Assembly (NCBI GenBank): GCA_041687695.1
Contig: JAWLBL010000009.1
Location: forward strand, 75,634-139,633
DNA from: Myxococcota bacterium
GTDB lineage: Bacteria; Myxococcota_A; UBA9042; PHBI01; JAWLBL01
DNA: 64,000 nucleotides
Direction of reading: 5' to 3'
Part shown: one piece after another, positions 51,847 to 64,000 of the stretch
How positions within the stretch are numbered: the first letter of the stretch is position 1
Layout of the letters: every line of letters starts with the position of its first letter
Notes under the pieces: generated by a model
The model's database searches: none
Told to the model about the DNA's origin: nothing
What the model saw: only the letters and a program-made list of their open reading frames with translations
Position numbers and translations under genes: made by a program

Positions 51847-52665
51847 TCAGGCCCGCAGCAGCTCGCGCGCCTTGAGGAGGTCGTGCCAGGCGGTGCGCTT
51901 GGCGCGCGGGTTGCCCAGCAGGTACGCCGGATGCCAGGTCGGCACGACCGGAATGCCGGCGTGCGAGCGGACCTCGAGGCGCAGGGCGCTCATCGGCAGA
52001 TCGAGGCCGCACACGACGTTCGACGCGAAGCGCCCGACGGTCAGGATGACGGCGGGGCCGACCGCCTGGATCTGGCGCTGCACGAAGGGGCTGCAGGCGG
52101 CGACCTCGTGCGGCTCGGGATCGCGATTGTCCGGCGGGCGGCACTTCAGGACGTTGCAGATGTACACGTCCGCGCGGGTCAGCCCGATGGAGGCCAGCAT
52201 CCGCCCGAGGAGCTGGCCGGCGCGGCCGACGAAGGGCTCTCCGATGCGATCTTCGTCGCGGCCCGGCGCCTCTCCGACGATGACCAGGCGCGCGTTCGGG
52301 TTGCCGACGCCGTAGACGAGGTTGCGCCGCCCGGCCGAGAGGGCGCAGCGCGTGCAGTCGCCCAGCTCCGCCCGGATGGCGTCGAGCGACTCGCCGGAGC
52401 GCGGGGGGCGGGGTCCGGGAGGCGGCGCTGTGGGGCGGGCCGCAGGGGGGGCGGGGCGCTCGGAGGGCGCCGGCGCGGGTCGCGCCGAGGGCGCTGGCGC
52501 GGGTCGCGCGGGGGCCTGAGCGGGCGCGGCGCGGGGCCGCGGCGGCGCCTCGAGGGCCTCGACGCCGATCTCGTCGGCGCCGAGGTGCATGTGCCACTCG
52601 AGCCACTGGCGCACATCGACGACCAGATCGGTGACGGCCTCGCGGAGGGCCTCTCGCTGGGTCAC
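51847..52665 (-). CDS. Uracil-DNA glycosylase, family 4 (Fe-S)
   Basis: CTRCAL, GEAPG, PFVGRAG, KCRPPDNR, HPAYLL. Confidence 0.93.
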   Translation of the reverse strand: MTQREALREAVTDLVVDVRQWLEWHMHLGADEIGVEALEAPPRPRAAPAQAPARPAPAPSARPAPAPSERPAPPAARPTAPPPGPRPPRSGESLDAIRAELGDCTRCALSAGRRNLVYGVGNPNARLVIVGEAPGRDEDRIGEPFVGRAGQLLGRMLASIGLTRADVYICNVLKCRPPDNRDPEPHEVAACSPFVQRQIQAVGPAVILTVGRFASNVVCGLDLPMSALRLEVRSHAGIPVVPTWHPAYLLGNPRAKRTAWHDLLKARELLRA

Positions 52666-53918
52666 GAGGCCCCCTCGGCCCGCGCCGCGAGCCCGCGTGG
52701 GTTCAAGTGGGGGGACAGGAGTGACACGATCCGGGCGGCAAACCGGGCCTTGTCACATCGGGAGATCACGTGGCGCTCGCCCTCGCGGCCGAGGAGCAGG
52801 CCCTCGTTGTCGCCGCGGCCGAAGCCGACGCCGGCGCGGCCGACGTCGTTGGCGATGATCCAGTCGAGGCCCTTGCGGTCGAGCTTGGCGCGCGCGTGGC
52901 CCTCGACGTCGTCGGTCTCGGCCGCGAAGCCGACGACCCGGCGGTCGGCGCGCCCGGGCAGCCCGGCCACATGGGCGAGGATATCGGTCGTGCGCGTCAG
53001 CGGCAGCGCGAGGTCGCCCTCGGCCTTCTTCATCTTGTGGGCGTGCGGGGCCGCCGGCCGGTAGTCGGCGACGGCCGCGGTCATGACCAGGACGTCGGTC
53101 TCGGGCCACGCGGCGACGACGGCCTCGGTCATCTGGGCGGCCGTGGTCACGTCGACGCGCGCGGCGACCCCGACGGGCGTGCGCAGATCGACCGGCCCGG
53201 CGACGAGGCGGACGGTGGCGCCGGCGGCGGCGAAGGCGCGGGCGAGCTGGAAGCCCATGGTGCCGGTCGAGTGGTTGGTGATGAAGCGGACCGGGTCGAT
53301 GGCCTCGCGGGTCGGGCCGGCCGAGACGGTGACGCGGACGCCGGCCAGCGTGCGCGGCGTGAGGACCGCGGCGCAGGCCTCGATGATCTCGGGCGGATCG
53401 GGCAGGCGGCCCGGGCCGGTGACGCCGCAGGCGAGGAGCCCCTCGCCGGGCTGCAGGACGTGGTAGCGGCCGAGGGCCTCGAGCTCGCGCAGGTTCCGCT
53501 GGACCAGCGGGTTGTCGAGCATGTCCGTGTTCATCGACGGGCAGACGAGCACGGGGGTGCGGCAGGCCATGATCGAGGTCGAGAGCAGATCGTCGGCGAA
53601 GCCGTGGGCGATCCGCGCGATCAGGTTGGCGGTCGCCGGGGCGAGCAGGATGAGATCGACCTCCTGGCCGACGTCGGTGTGGACGATGCGGCTGTCGGCG
53701 TCGGCCTGCCAGAGCGCCTGGCCGACGGGGTGGCCGCTGACCACCTCGAGCGCCAGCGGCGAGACGAAGCGGGCGCCGGCGTCGGTCAGCATCACGCGGA
53801 CGTCGGCCCCGGCGTCGCGGAGCCGGCGAACCAGCTCGGGGGCCTTGTAGGCCGCGATGCCGCCGCCCACCCCGAGGAGCACGCGTCTATCGTCGAGCAG
53901 TCCCACGCGGGCGTTCAT
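52662..53918 (-). CDS. coaBC: Phosphopantothenoylcysteine decarboxylase/ligase
   Basis: [50 protein letters not shown]. Confidence 0.96.
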   Translation of the reverse strand: MNARVGLLDDRRVLLGVGGGIAAYKAPELVRRLRDAGADVRVMLTDAGARFVSPLALEVVSGHPVGQALWQADADSRIVHTDVGQEVDLILLAPATANLIARIAHGFADDLLSTSIMACRTPVLVCPSMNTDMLDNPLVQRNLRELEALGRYHVLQPGEGLLACGVTGPGRLPDPPEIIEACAAVLTPRTLAGVRVTVSAGPTREAIDPVRFITNHSTGTMGFQLARAFAAAGATVRLVAGPVDLRTPVGVAARVDVTTAAQMTEAVVAAWPETDVLVMTAAVADYRPAAPHAHKMKKAEGDLALPLTRTTDILAHVAGLPGRADRRVVGFAAETDDVEGHARAKLDRKGLDWIIANDVGRAGVGFGRGDNEGLLLGREGERHVISRCDKARFAARIVSLLSPHLNPRGLAARAEGAS

Positions 53919-54026
53919 AGCCGACGCGCCCGGGCCGTACAAGGCTGGCGCCTTCGACGCCCGGGGCGAACTAGGCCGGCGCCTTCCCGTTGCCCGCATC
54001 GTCGGGGGCACGCATACTCGCCGCCC

Positions 54027-54407
54027 ATGCGAACGCGACGGCTCATCGGGGCGGCCTGGCTGGCCGCGGCGCTGTTGGCGGGCTGCGGCGCCTCGCCCCT
54101 GGTCCAGACCGAGGCGGGGCCCTCGGTCCCGGCCGCGGACGACGACGGGCGCCCCCAGTGGCCGGCCGACGCGGCGCTGCGCGCGGGCCCCGTGGTGGAC
54201 GGCCAGGTGACCGTCTGGTGGACGGGCGCCTTCGACGCCGACGAGGTGGTCGCCTATCGGCTCAGGCGAGGCGACGCGCTGCTGGCCGAGGTGCCTGGGG
54301 CGGTGACCTCGGCCGTGCTGCCGGCGTCCGCGCTGGACGGGGCGCTCGCCGTGTGGGCCGTCGACGCGGGCGGGCGCGTCAGCCGGTCGCCGCTGACCTT
54401 GCGCTGA
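54027..54407 (+). CDS. Small lipoprotein with fibronectin-III-like domain
   Basis: Lipobox LAGC; VTVWWTGAFD..VVAYRL...VWAVDAGGRVS. Confidence 0.7.
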   Translation: MRTRRLIGAAWLAAALLAGCGASPLVQTEAGPSVPAADDDGRPQWPADAALRAGPVVDGQVTVWWTGAFDADEVVAYRLRRGDALLAEVPGAVTSAVLPASALDGALAVWAVDAGGRVSRSPLTLR

Positions 54408-54410
54408 GCC

Positions 54411-55040
54411 TCAGCGCGCGACCTGCTCGGTGCGGCCGCGCCCCACCTCGACCACGACGTCGCGCACCTCGGGGAGCTGGCCGGCCGGCTCGAGGACGAT
54501 GCGGTGGGCCCCTGCGACCAGCCCGACGCTGCGCGGCAGCTTGAGCCGACGGCCGCCGAGCCGGGCCCAGGTGTCCGGCGCGTCGGTCTGCAGCCGGAGC
54601 CAGCCCATGGGCGGCTCGAGGCGGGCGCCGTGATCGGCGAGCCCGGCGCGGATGAGGACCAGCTCCTCGACGTTGGGGTCCATGTCGAGGGCCATCAGGA
54701 AGGCCTCGAAGGCGTCGCGGTGGCGGGCGAGGCGCCCGAGGATGGTGCCGCGGATGACGGCGGTGCTGGCGTTGGGCCAGGCGTCGAAGGCCTGGTTGGC
54801 GGCGCGCAGGGCGCCGGCGTCGTCGCCTTCGGCGAAGCGCTCCTGGGCGAGCTGGTAGGCGGCGGTGGCGCGCCAGCGGGCCTCGTCCTCGGCCAGGCGG
54901 CGCGACGGGACCTCGGGCGCCATCACGTTGGACTGCGCGGCCGCGCAGGCGGCGAGGGAGAGGACGGCGAAGAACAAGGCGGCGCCAGCCGGCACCGCGG
55001 GGAAGACCAGCCTCGTCGGCACGGTGACTCCTGTCGGCAT
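54411..55040 (-). CDS. TPR + PEGA-like lipoprotein
   Basis: LAAC lipobox; two TPR-like helical pairs; beta-rich C-terminus. Confidence 0.6.
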   Translation of the reverse strand: MPTGVTVPTRLVFPAVPAGAALFFAVLSLAACAAAQSNVMAPEVPSRRLAEDEARWRATAAYQLAQERFAEGDDAGALRAANQAFDAWPNASTAVIRGTILGRLARHRDAFEAFLMALDMDPNVEELVLIRAGLADHGARLEPPMGWLRLQTDAPDTWARLGGRRLKLPRSVGLVAGAHRIVLEPAGQLPEVRDVVVEVGRGRTEQVAR

Positions 55041-55409
55041 CTGCCGCGGCCACTGTAGCGCGTCCCGCCGCCGTAGTGAAACGAGGTTCGAGCGGGGGAG
55101 CGAGGGACCGGGTCGGTGAGGCTAGCGTGTCGGATGTGTTGGCGGGCGGGCAAGGGTCCAGTCGGTTGCTCGGAGCGGTTGCCGATCGGTTGACGGCCGG
55201 CCTGCGCTGTGGCTTTTGGTGTCAGGAGCTGTCGATCGAGCGATGCTGTTGACTGCGAGACATGACCGCCTCTCGGTGGTGCTCACCGGAGGGCTTCGTC
55301 TCGCCTGCCGTCGTCTCGCGGCGCCCTCCTTCCCTCCGCCGCTCGTCCCGCCGTCTCCGTCGGTCGGCCCCCCTCCCCTCTCCCCGACCAGCCTGCCCGA
55401 GGCCCCCCC

Positions 55410-57113
55410 ATGACCCCCAAGGCCAAGGCGCCGGATCCGCTGATCTCGCGCGTCCTGCACGACGCCTTCGAGATCGTCGCCCCCATCGGGCGCGGCGCGA
55501 TGGGCGCGGTCTACCGCGGCCGTCAGCTCGTCGTGGGGCGCGAGGTGGCCATCAAGTTCATCAACTCGGGCACGGAGTTCGTCCTCGAGGACCAGGAGAT
55601 CCTGGCGCGCCGCTTCAAGCGCGAGGCCTACGTCCTGAGCAGCCTCGAGCACCCCAACTCGGTGCGCCTCATCGACTTCGGCCAGACCGAGGACGGCCTG
55701 CTCTACCTCGTGCTCGAGCTGCTCAAGGGCCACTCGCTCGGCGAGGTCCTGTACGAGGACGAGCGCCTCGAGCCGGCCCGCGTCGCCCGCATCGGCGCCC
55801 AGGTCTGCCGCGCCCTCGACGAGGCGCACGGCAAGGGCATCGTCCACCGCGATCTGAAGCCCGACAACATCTTCCTGTGCGAGTACTCGGGCCAGACCGA
55901 CTTCGTGAAGGTCATGGACTACGGCCTCGCGCGCGTCATGGACGAGGCCCCGGTCGCCCGCCTCGAGGAGCCCAACGCGGTCCGCATGACCCGCATGGGC
56001 ACGACGCTCGGCACGCCCCCCTACATGTCCCCCGAGCAGGCCTTTGGCGCCGAGGTCCACGCCGCGAGCGATCTGTACGCCGTCGGCATCCTCCTCTACG
56101 AGATGCTGACGGGCGAGCCGCCGTTCATCGACGACGACCCGATGGTGACGCTCGCGCGCCACGTGCACGAGGAGCCCAAGCCGGTCACCCTCGACGCCAA
56201 GCTCCCCAAGGGCGTGCAGAGCGCGTGGCAGGAGCTGCTCGATCGCCTGCTGGCCAAGCGCCCCGAGGACCGGCCCGCGAGCGCCAGCGAGGTCGCCGAC
56301 GTCCTCGAGCGCCTGATGCTGGCGTCGGCGGGGGACGCGCCCGAGACGTTCTCGACCGACCCGCTCTTCTCGCTGGCGCGGATGCGCAACCGCAAGCACC
56401 TGCGCACCGTGCGGACGCCCGAGCGGCGCTGGGCGGGGACGCGGCGGCACCTCGCCTGGGCGGCGCCTGCCCTGGCGCTGGGCCTCGGCGCGGTGGCCTG
56501 GATCGCCTGGCCCGAGCCGTCCGCCGAGCGCCCCGGAGCGACCGCCGGAGCGGCGCTGGCGCGGGTCGAGGCCCCCCAGGCGCCCCGCGCGGGCGTCATC
56601 GACGAGGCGGCGACCCTGGACATGCCGCTCGAGCTCATCGCGGACGAGCCCGACGCCGAGATCGCCGACGAGGACGTCCCGGTCACGACGCTGACCTTCG
56701 CCGAGGACGACGCGGGCGGGCTGCGCGTGGTCGACGAGGACGAGCAGGCCGAGGCGCCCGAGCCGGGGCCGAAGCCGGCGCAGCTGAGCGTGCAGTCGGT
56801 CCCGGCCGGGGCGACCGTGCTGCGCGGGGGCCAGGCGCTGTGCAAGACCCCGTGCAGCCTGACGCTGCCGCCGCGCGAGGAGGCCGAGCACTTCGTGGTC
56901 CGGCGCAAGGGCTTCGCCGACGCGAACATCGAGGTCGATCTGCGCGAGGCGGCGGTCATCGCGCACACCGTGACCCTGGCGCGGCGCGGCGGGCCGAGCT
57001 GGACCAAGCTGCGGGGGCGCGGCGACGGCGACGACGACGAGTACATCGTCGAGCCCAGGACGCGGCCGTCCGACCCGTCACGCGAGCTGCCGAGGTTGCG
57101 CCTGACGCCCTGA
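55410..57113 (+). CDS. Hanks-type Ser/Thr kinase + TM + PEGA domain
   Basis: IGRGAMGAVY, VAIK, HRDLKPDN, DYG, GTPPYMSPE; TM helix; SVPAGATV..LCKTPC. Confidence 0.93.
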   Translation: MTPKAKAPDPLISRVLHDAFEIVAPIGRGAMGAVYRGRQLVVGREVAIKFINSGTEFVLEDQEILARRFKREAYVLSSLEHPNSVRLIDFGQTEDGLLYLVLELLKGHSLGEVLYEDERLEPARVARIGAQVCRALDEAHGKGIVHRDLKPDNIFLCEYSGQTDFVKVMDYGLARVMDEAPVARLEEPNAVRMTRMGTTLGTPPYMSPEQAFGAEVHAASDLYAVGILLYEMLTGEPPFIDDDPMVTLARHVHEEPKPVTLDAKLPKGVQSAWQELLDRLLAKRPEDRPASASEVADVLERLMLASAGDAPETFSTDPLFSLARMRNRKHLRTVRTPERRWAGTRRHLAWAAPALALGLGAVAWIAWPEPSAERPGATAGAALARVEAPQAPRAGVIDEAATLDMPLELIADEPDAEIADEDVPVTTLTFAEDDAGGLRVVDEDEQAEAPEPGPKPAQLSVQSVPAGATVLRGGQALCKTPCSLTLPPREEAEHFVVRRKGFADANIEVDLREAAVIAHTVTLARRGGPSWTKLRGRGDGDDDEYIVEPRTRPSDPSRELPRLRLTP

Positions 57114-57132
57114 GCGTCCCGGCCCTTGATCT

Positions 57133-57148
57133 CTGAACATGCGTTCAG
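57133..57148. promoter_or_regulatory. LexA (SOS) box, Myxococcus-type
   Basis: CTGAAC-ATGC-GTTCAG palindrome 13 nt before the dnaE2 start; fits the M. xanthus consensus CTRHAMRYBYGTTCAGS except the last base. Confidence 0.8.
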
Positions 57149-57161
57149 ATAGATCGGGGCG

Positions 57162-60353
<3,192 letters not shown>

Positions 60354-60398
60354 CCCGGCCCCGACCCGGCCGCCGAGCCAGCCGCCCCCAATTTCCTC

Positions 60399-60426
60399 TT
60401 GCCAGCCCCGGCGGCATGCCTATACT
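60399..60426 (+). promoter_or_regulatory. Sigma70-like promoter of tRNA-Thr
   Basis: TTGCCA-N16-TATACT, 14 nt before the tRNA. Confidence 0.65.
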
Positions 60427-60440
60427 CCGCCTTCGCTCGC

Positions 60441-60516
60441 GCCGACATAGCTCAGCCGGTAGAGCAGCTGATTCGTAATCAGCAGGTCCGCGGTTCAAGT
60501 CCGCGTGTCGGCTCCA
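60441..60516 (+). tRNA. tRNA-Thr (anticodon CGT), CCA encoded; probable att site
   Basis: GCCGACATAGCTCAGCCGGTAGAGCAGCTGA-TT-CGT-AA-TCAGC...GGTTCAAGTCC...TGTCGGCTCCA. Confidence 0.97.
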
Positions 60517-60544
60517 AAAAGGCCCTGAGAAATCAGGGCCTTTT
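60517..60544. terminator. Bidirectional terminator shared by tRNA-Thr and the integrase
   Basis: AAAAGGCCCTGA-GAAA-TCAGGGCCTTTT. Confidence 0.8.
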
Positions 60545-61771
60545 CCGTTTCGAACCGCCGTTACGGCCCTGTTCTGCGCGCTTGGGTGACACGGTGGGTG
60601 ACACGCTCTCGGGCCCGATCTTCGGCAGCTGCGCGCGGGCGTTGACTCCATCCATGAGGCTCGCGAGCCGGCTGTCGGCGACGCCTGCGTAGGCCTGCTC
60701 GGTCGTCGTGACGGACTCGTGGCCCAGGAGGCGCGACACGTCGAAGATGTCGATGCCGGCGGCAAGCCAGAGCACGCCGGCGGTGCGCCGGAGGCCGTGG
60801 GTGTCGACATCGGTCACGGCCTGTCGGAACGGCACGCCCGCCTCCTCGGCCTCTCGGCGAGCGCGCTCGTTCGCTCGAGCGCAGGCCGAATGGACGTCGT
60901 CGCACCAGTTGTCGTGCCGGATGGGCTGGTCAGCGTCGTGCAGGATGTAGCCGTCACGCCCCCAGCGTTCGGCCGCCAGTTCGAGGAACTCCTGCGCCGG
61001 ATTCGAGAGCGGGATCACCCGGACCTTTCGGCCCTTCGAGCGCCAGCCCGGAGTTGCGGGGTCCGTGGCCGGGATCCGCAGAGTGGGCGTGCCGAGGCCG
61101 CGCTGCACCCAGGCCCATCGAGCCGCGACGGCCTCGCCAGCCCGCAGGCCGGTGTGGATGATGAGGCCCGCCCTAACCCTCATCGCCGGAGAGCAGGCGG
61201 CCAAGAACGGCTCGATCTCCTCGGGCTGCAGGAAAGGGCGGAGCTGGACGGGGCCCGGATCGACGTGGACGCCCTCGGTGATGTCGACGGGCATCCAGCC
61301 TTGCCGGATGGACCATCGAACGAGCGCCCTGATGGCCCGCAGGTACTGCGCCTGAGAGCGGACGCTCGCCGGTCGACGGATGGCGGCCTCGACGTGACGC
61401 CTGGTGAGGTGGATGATCGGCCAGTCCGCGCCTGCGGCCGCCACCAGCGACTGAAGCTGTGTCCGGTATGCCCTGGCTGTCGCCGGCGACAGCTCGCGAC
61501 CGCGCTTGGATGTCGACCGGGCGACGAATCGGTCGACCAGGTCCTGCACTAGGACGGGCGGGGGTTCCGGTGCCTCGAGGAGGCCTGCGAGATAGTCGCG
61601 CCAGATCGTCGTGGCGCAGAGCTCTGCGTCCTGCTGGGTGCCGAACCGTGCGCACGTGCGCGAGCTCGCTCGATGGCCACGGAAGTAGCCATCGACACGC
61701 CACCGGTCTCGGGCTCGCTCGTAGGTGATGTGGACGACGTAGATCCCGTCGTCACGGAATGGTCCTGACAC
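60533..61771 (-). CDS. int: Tyrosine recombinase/phage integrase
   Basis: TGLRAGE (R), SKGRKVR (K), HGLRR, LLGH, TTEQAY (Y). Confidence 0.93.
   Translation of the reverse strand: MSGPFRDDGIYVVHITYERARDRWRVDGYFRGHRASSRTCARFGTQQDAELCATTIWRDYLAGLLEAPEPPPVLVQDLVDRFVARSTSKRGRELSPATARAYRTQLQSLVAAAGADWPIIHLTRRHVEAAIRRPASVRSQAQYLRAIRALVRWSIRQGWMPVDITEGVHVDPGPVQLRPFLQPEEIEPFLAACSPAMRVRAGLIIHTGLRAGEAVAARWAWVQRGLGTPTLRIPATDPATPGWRSKGRKVRVIPLSNPAQEFLELAAERWGRDGYILHDADQPIRHDNWCDDVHSACARANERARREAEEAGVPFRQAVTDVDTHGLRRTAGVLWLAAGIDIFDVSRLLGHESVTTTEQAYAGVADSRLASLMDGVNARAQLPKIGPESVSPTVSPKRAEQGRNGGSKRKRP
60583..60605. repeat. Direct repeat TGGGTGACACG x2 (candidate integrase arm sites)
   Basis: Identical 11-mers at 60583 and 60595, about 70 bp from the tRNA 3' end. 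Confidence 0.6.
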
Positions 61772-61887
61772 CTGGTCCTCTCCTCGAGCTCGGCTTGGGC
61801 GCGCAGCGCGCGCGCCCTCAAGGCGGCGGCGAGCGACTCAGCCTCGGCCGCCTCGGCTTGTAGTCGCAGCAGGTCCGTGTGGGTCAT
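61549..61887 (-). CDS. Small phage ORF (helical N-terminus) overlapping the integrase start
   Basis: ATGA-coupled to the methylase stop; MTHTDLLRLQAEAAEAESLAAALRARALRAQAELEE; tail runs out-of-frame through int. Confidence 0.4.
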   Translation of the reverse strand: MTHTDLLRLQAEAAEAESLAAALRARALRAQAELEERTRCQDHSVTTGSTSSTSPTSEPETGGVSMATSVAIERARARAHGSAPSRTQSSAPRRSGATISQASSRHRNPRPS

Positions 61888-62492
61888 TGTGACAGCTCCA
61901 CCGAGCTGGCCACCTCGTTGCCCCAGACGTCCCAGCCCGGCCGGGGCGAGCGACAGAACATCTCGAGGCGGGGCCCGTGCGAGACGCGTTCGATCGCCTC
62001 GTAGCTCACGTCGGGCTTGGCGCTGTGCCGGCCGCGGCGGGCCACCCAGACGCTGGGCGTCTGGCAGCGCTTGCCGTCCTGGTCCAGCTTGTACGGAAGG
62101 GTTCCCCGGACCCCGAACAGGCACAGCTCGTGCGAGCCCCGGATGTACTGGCCCAGGCCCTGCTGCAGAGTGATGCCCTCGGCGAGCTGCTCGGCGCCGG
62201 TCTTCACCCAGGCGCAGTTGCTGACGTACCTGAACCCCCACGCGCGCATCACCTCGAGACCGTCGGCCAGGAAGTTGTTTGTGACCCAGAGCCAGAGGTG
62301 CGCGCCCTCCGGATGGGCGAGGCGCCCGGGCTGCAGGGCGGCGATGTCTCGCGTGTGCATCAGCGGGTAGTGCCGGTCGGCGCCCCGCTTTGTCTTGCCG
62401 GCGCCCCTCTCCATCCAGGGCGGATCGGCGAGGATCGTCTTGTAGCGGCCGGCCGAGGCCGACGGCGGCGGCGCGAGGGCGAAGTCAGACAC
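61884..62492 (-). CDS. MT-A70 family adenine methyltransferase
   Basis: YKTILADPPW, HYPLM, LWLWVTN, MRAWGFRY..WVK, GQYIRGSHELCLFG, HSAKP, RLEMFCR..GWDVWGNE. Confidence 0.92.
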   Translation of the reverse strand: MSDFALAPPPSASAGRYKTILADPPWMERGAGKTKRGADRHYPLMHTRDIAALQPGRLAHPEGAHLWLWVTNNFLADGLEVMRAWGFRYVSNCAWVKTGAEQLAEGITLQQGLGQYIRGSHELCLFGVRGTLPYKLDQDGKRCQTPSVWVARRGRHSAKPDVSYEAIERVSHGPRLEMFCRSPRPGWDVWGNEVASSVELSQ

Positions 62493-62811
62493 CAGACACC
62501 TCCGCGAGCTTCTGCTTGGCCTTGCGCATCCGGTCCACAGCCGCGGCCAGAGCGTCGACGTCTTTGCTCGTCGGCCCGTTGCGCCGGCGGTCCGCGGTGT
62601 CGAGGACCTCGCGCTCGGCGGCCGCGACCTCCGACCCGGCCGCCTCGACGACCAGATCACACGCGTGCTCGGCTGCGTGCGCCTGGCAGTACCTCGAATC
62701 GGGGCTTCGCGGCTCCGGGCAGTAGAGGCCGTCCAGCAGCCTCCAGCACTGAGTGCGGCCGCACTCGCAGAGGTCGTGCAGGTGCCCGCACCTGAGGCAT
62801 CCGTCTCTCAT
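62485..62811 (-). CDS. Cys/His-rich phage protein (putative Zn finger)
   Basis: CLRCGHLHDLCECG..C...C...YCQAH; start/stop overlaps with both neighbours. Confidence 0.65.
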   Translation of the reverse strand: MRDGCLRCGHLHDLCECGRTQCWRLLDGLYCPEPRSPDSRYCQAHAAEHACDLVVEAAGSEVAAAEREVLDTADRRRNGPTSKDVDALAAAVDRMRKAKQKLAEVSGV

Positions 62812-63167
62812 CGCGCATCCTCCCAGGCCCGGCGCAGCTCGGGCGGGCAGTGCGGCGTCGCCGCCATGGCGTCGAGGACCACCGGCGGGCTCTGAGCCAG
62901 GAGGCAGTCGACGCGCGTCCGTTCACTGCACTCGACCCGGAAGACCTCGACGACCTCGCCGCCCTCACGCCGCTCGACGTGCCACCAGGACTCGTCGCCC
63001 GACCAGACCGAGTAGCTGTGCCACCCGGAGACGTAGAGGCGCGCCCAGTCTGCGAGCGCCTCGCCAGCTCGGTCGCGTGGCGTCTTGGCGGCCTCGTGCT
63101 CGCGGACCCACTGGTCGATGCGGGCCTGCAGGGCGGCCCGGCGGTCGCTTGCTCGTTGCCACCTCAC
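62808..63167 (-). CDS. Hypothetical phage protein
   Basis: Trp-rich 119-aa ORF coupled to neighbours. Confidence 0.6.
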   Translation of the reverse strand: MRWQRASDRRAALQARIDQWVREHEAAKTPRDRAGEALADWARLYVSGWHSYSVWSGDESWWHVERREGGEVVEVFRVECSERTRVDCLLAQSPPVVLDAMAATPHCPPELRRAWEDAR

Positions 63168-63170
63168 CCG

Positions 63171-64000
63171 TCAGCCCTCCGCCTTCGGCACCCGCAAGCC
63201 CGCGGCGCGCCGGAGCGCGGCCCATGGCTCGTTGGTCCGGTACGTGCTGTGCGGGTGCGACTCCTCGACGAGGACCTCGGTCAGGAGCGCCAGCTCGTCG
63301 CGCACGCTCCACTCGGGGTTCTCGGCCGCACTCCGGAGCGCGTCCTGCCAGAGGTACGTCCCGTGCACCACGCTCTTCTCGGCCTTGATGCCGCGGCGCC
63401 GGCAGACGGCGATGATGCTGTCCTGCCGGGCCGTCCGGATGATGAGCTGCAGGAGCTGCGGGACGACCTCGTCCCACTCGATTCGCCCGTCGGAGATCCA
63501 GGCCAGGACCGCGGCCATCGCAGCGTGGTGCTTGGCCTTGGTCTCCTCGCGCTGCTTGCGCTGGAGCTCCTTGTCGCTTTCGGCTTGCTGCCGACGATCC
63601 TTGGCACGGATGCGGTCGGCGAGTTCCTGGCTCCCAGTGGCTTCGAGCGCGGCCGCGACCTCCGCCGGGTCGTAGACGACCTCGAAGACCTTCCCGGAGT
63701 ACTCAGGGGCCGCGCGCAGGCTGGGGACTACCTGGAGGTCCGCGACGACGTCGGCGACTCGCACGTTCCGCGCCCCGTCGAAGTGGACGAAGGCGTCGCT
63801 CGAGACGAGGTGCGGTGCCTTCCGCGCGCTGTCGATGACCTCGCCGCCAGCCGCCTCGACCTCGGCCTTGCGCCGCGCCCAGAAGGACTCACCACGTTGA
63901 TCCCAGCAGGGCTTGTTGATGCAGCGGTCCTCGTGGCTGTCCTCGAAGAGGTCGGGCTGCGCCGAGGCGCGATACGGACAGGCCGAGCAGGCCCCGGCCC
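63171..64000 (-). CDS. C-terminal part of a probable ParB/Spo0J-like phage protein (5'-truncated)
   Basis: Frame open to window end: AGACSACPYRASAQPDLFEDSHEDRCINKPCW Cys4 motif, which I recall from long phage/PRTRC ParB proteins; the ParB domain itself is outside the window. Confidence 0.55.
   Translation of the reverse strand, partial: AGACSACPYRASAQPDLFEDSHEDRCINKPCWDQRGESFWARRKAEVEAAGGEVIDSARKAPHLVSSDAFVHFDGARNVRVADVVADLQVVPSLRAAPEYSGKVFEVVYDPAEVAAALEATGSQELADRIRAKDRRQQAESDKELQRKQREETKAKHHAAMAAVLAWISDGRIEWDEVVPQLLQLIIRTARQDSIIAVCRRRGIKAEKSVVHGTYLWQDALRSAAENPEWSVRDELALLTEVLVEESHPHSTYRTNEPWAALRRAAGLRVPKAEG

Larger units (their letters stand above)
60517..64000 (-). mobile_element. Left end of a prophage/integrative element at tRNA-Thr(CGT)
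   Basis: Integrase abuts the tRNA 3' end, followed by tightly overlapping short co-oriented ORFs with weaker GC3 bias; continues beyond the window. Confidence 0.85.

Noticed and set aside
55160..55195. Three CGGTTG repeats in the divergent gap upstream of the kinase
   Set aside because: Short, irregularly spaced and plausible by chance

Overview
Very GC-rich bacterial chromosome segment, most consistent with a Myxococcota/deltaproteobacterial lineage. The evidence is a Myxococcus-type LexA box, Cys-rich repeat lipoproteins, Ser/Thr kinase-PEGA and OmpA-TSP3 proteins, and a two-gene RdgC-like pair. Most of the window is core genome: lon, eno, pyk, tRNA-Leu(TAA), mltG-ruvX, scoAB, queA-tgt-yajC-secD-secF-recJ, two tandem HU genes, udg-coaBC and dnaE2. 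An accessory-looking block at about 15-29 kb encodes lipoproteins, an aminoacyl-PG-synthase-like protein, a c-type cytochrome, an FHA protein, an ACAD-like protein paired with a histidine kinase, and a MITE. The last 3.5 kb is the edge of a prophage-like element at tRNA-Thr(CGT), carrying a tyrosine integrase, an MT-A70 methylase and a ParB-like gene. The main unannotated signals are: (1) a consensus sigma-54 promoter driving an apparently non-coding, C/U-rich, two-hairpin RNA with UCCCC loops and an anti-Shine-Dalgarno-like tract (about 3721->3586, minus strand); (2) ten TGACGC boxes packed into a 3'-3' intergenic gap; (3) a frameshifted retron-type RT remnant between two near-identical hairpins; (4) a Glu-less ACAD-like protein coupled to a PAS kinase; (5) a pseudokinase-TPR/ferredoxin divergon. 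All product calls come from motif recognition by eye; no database searches were run.
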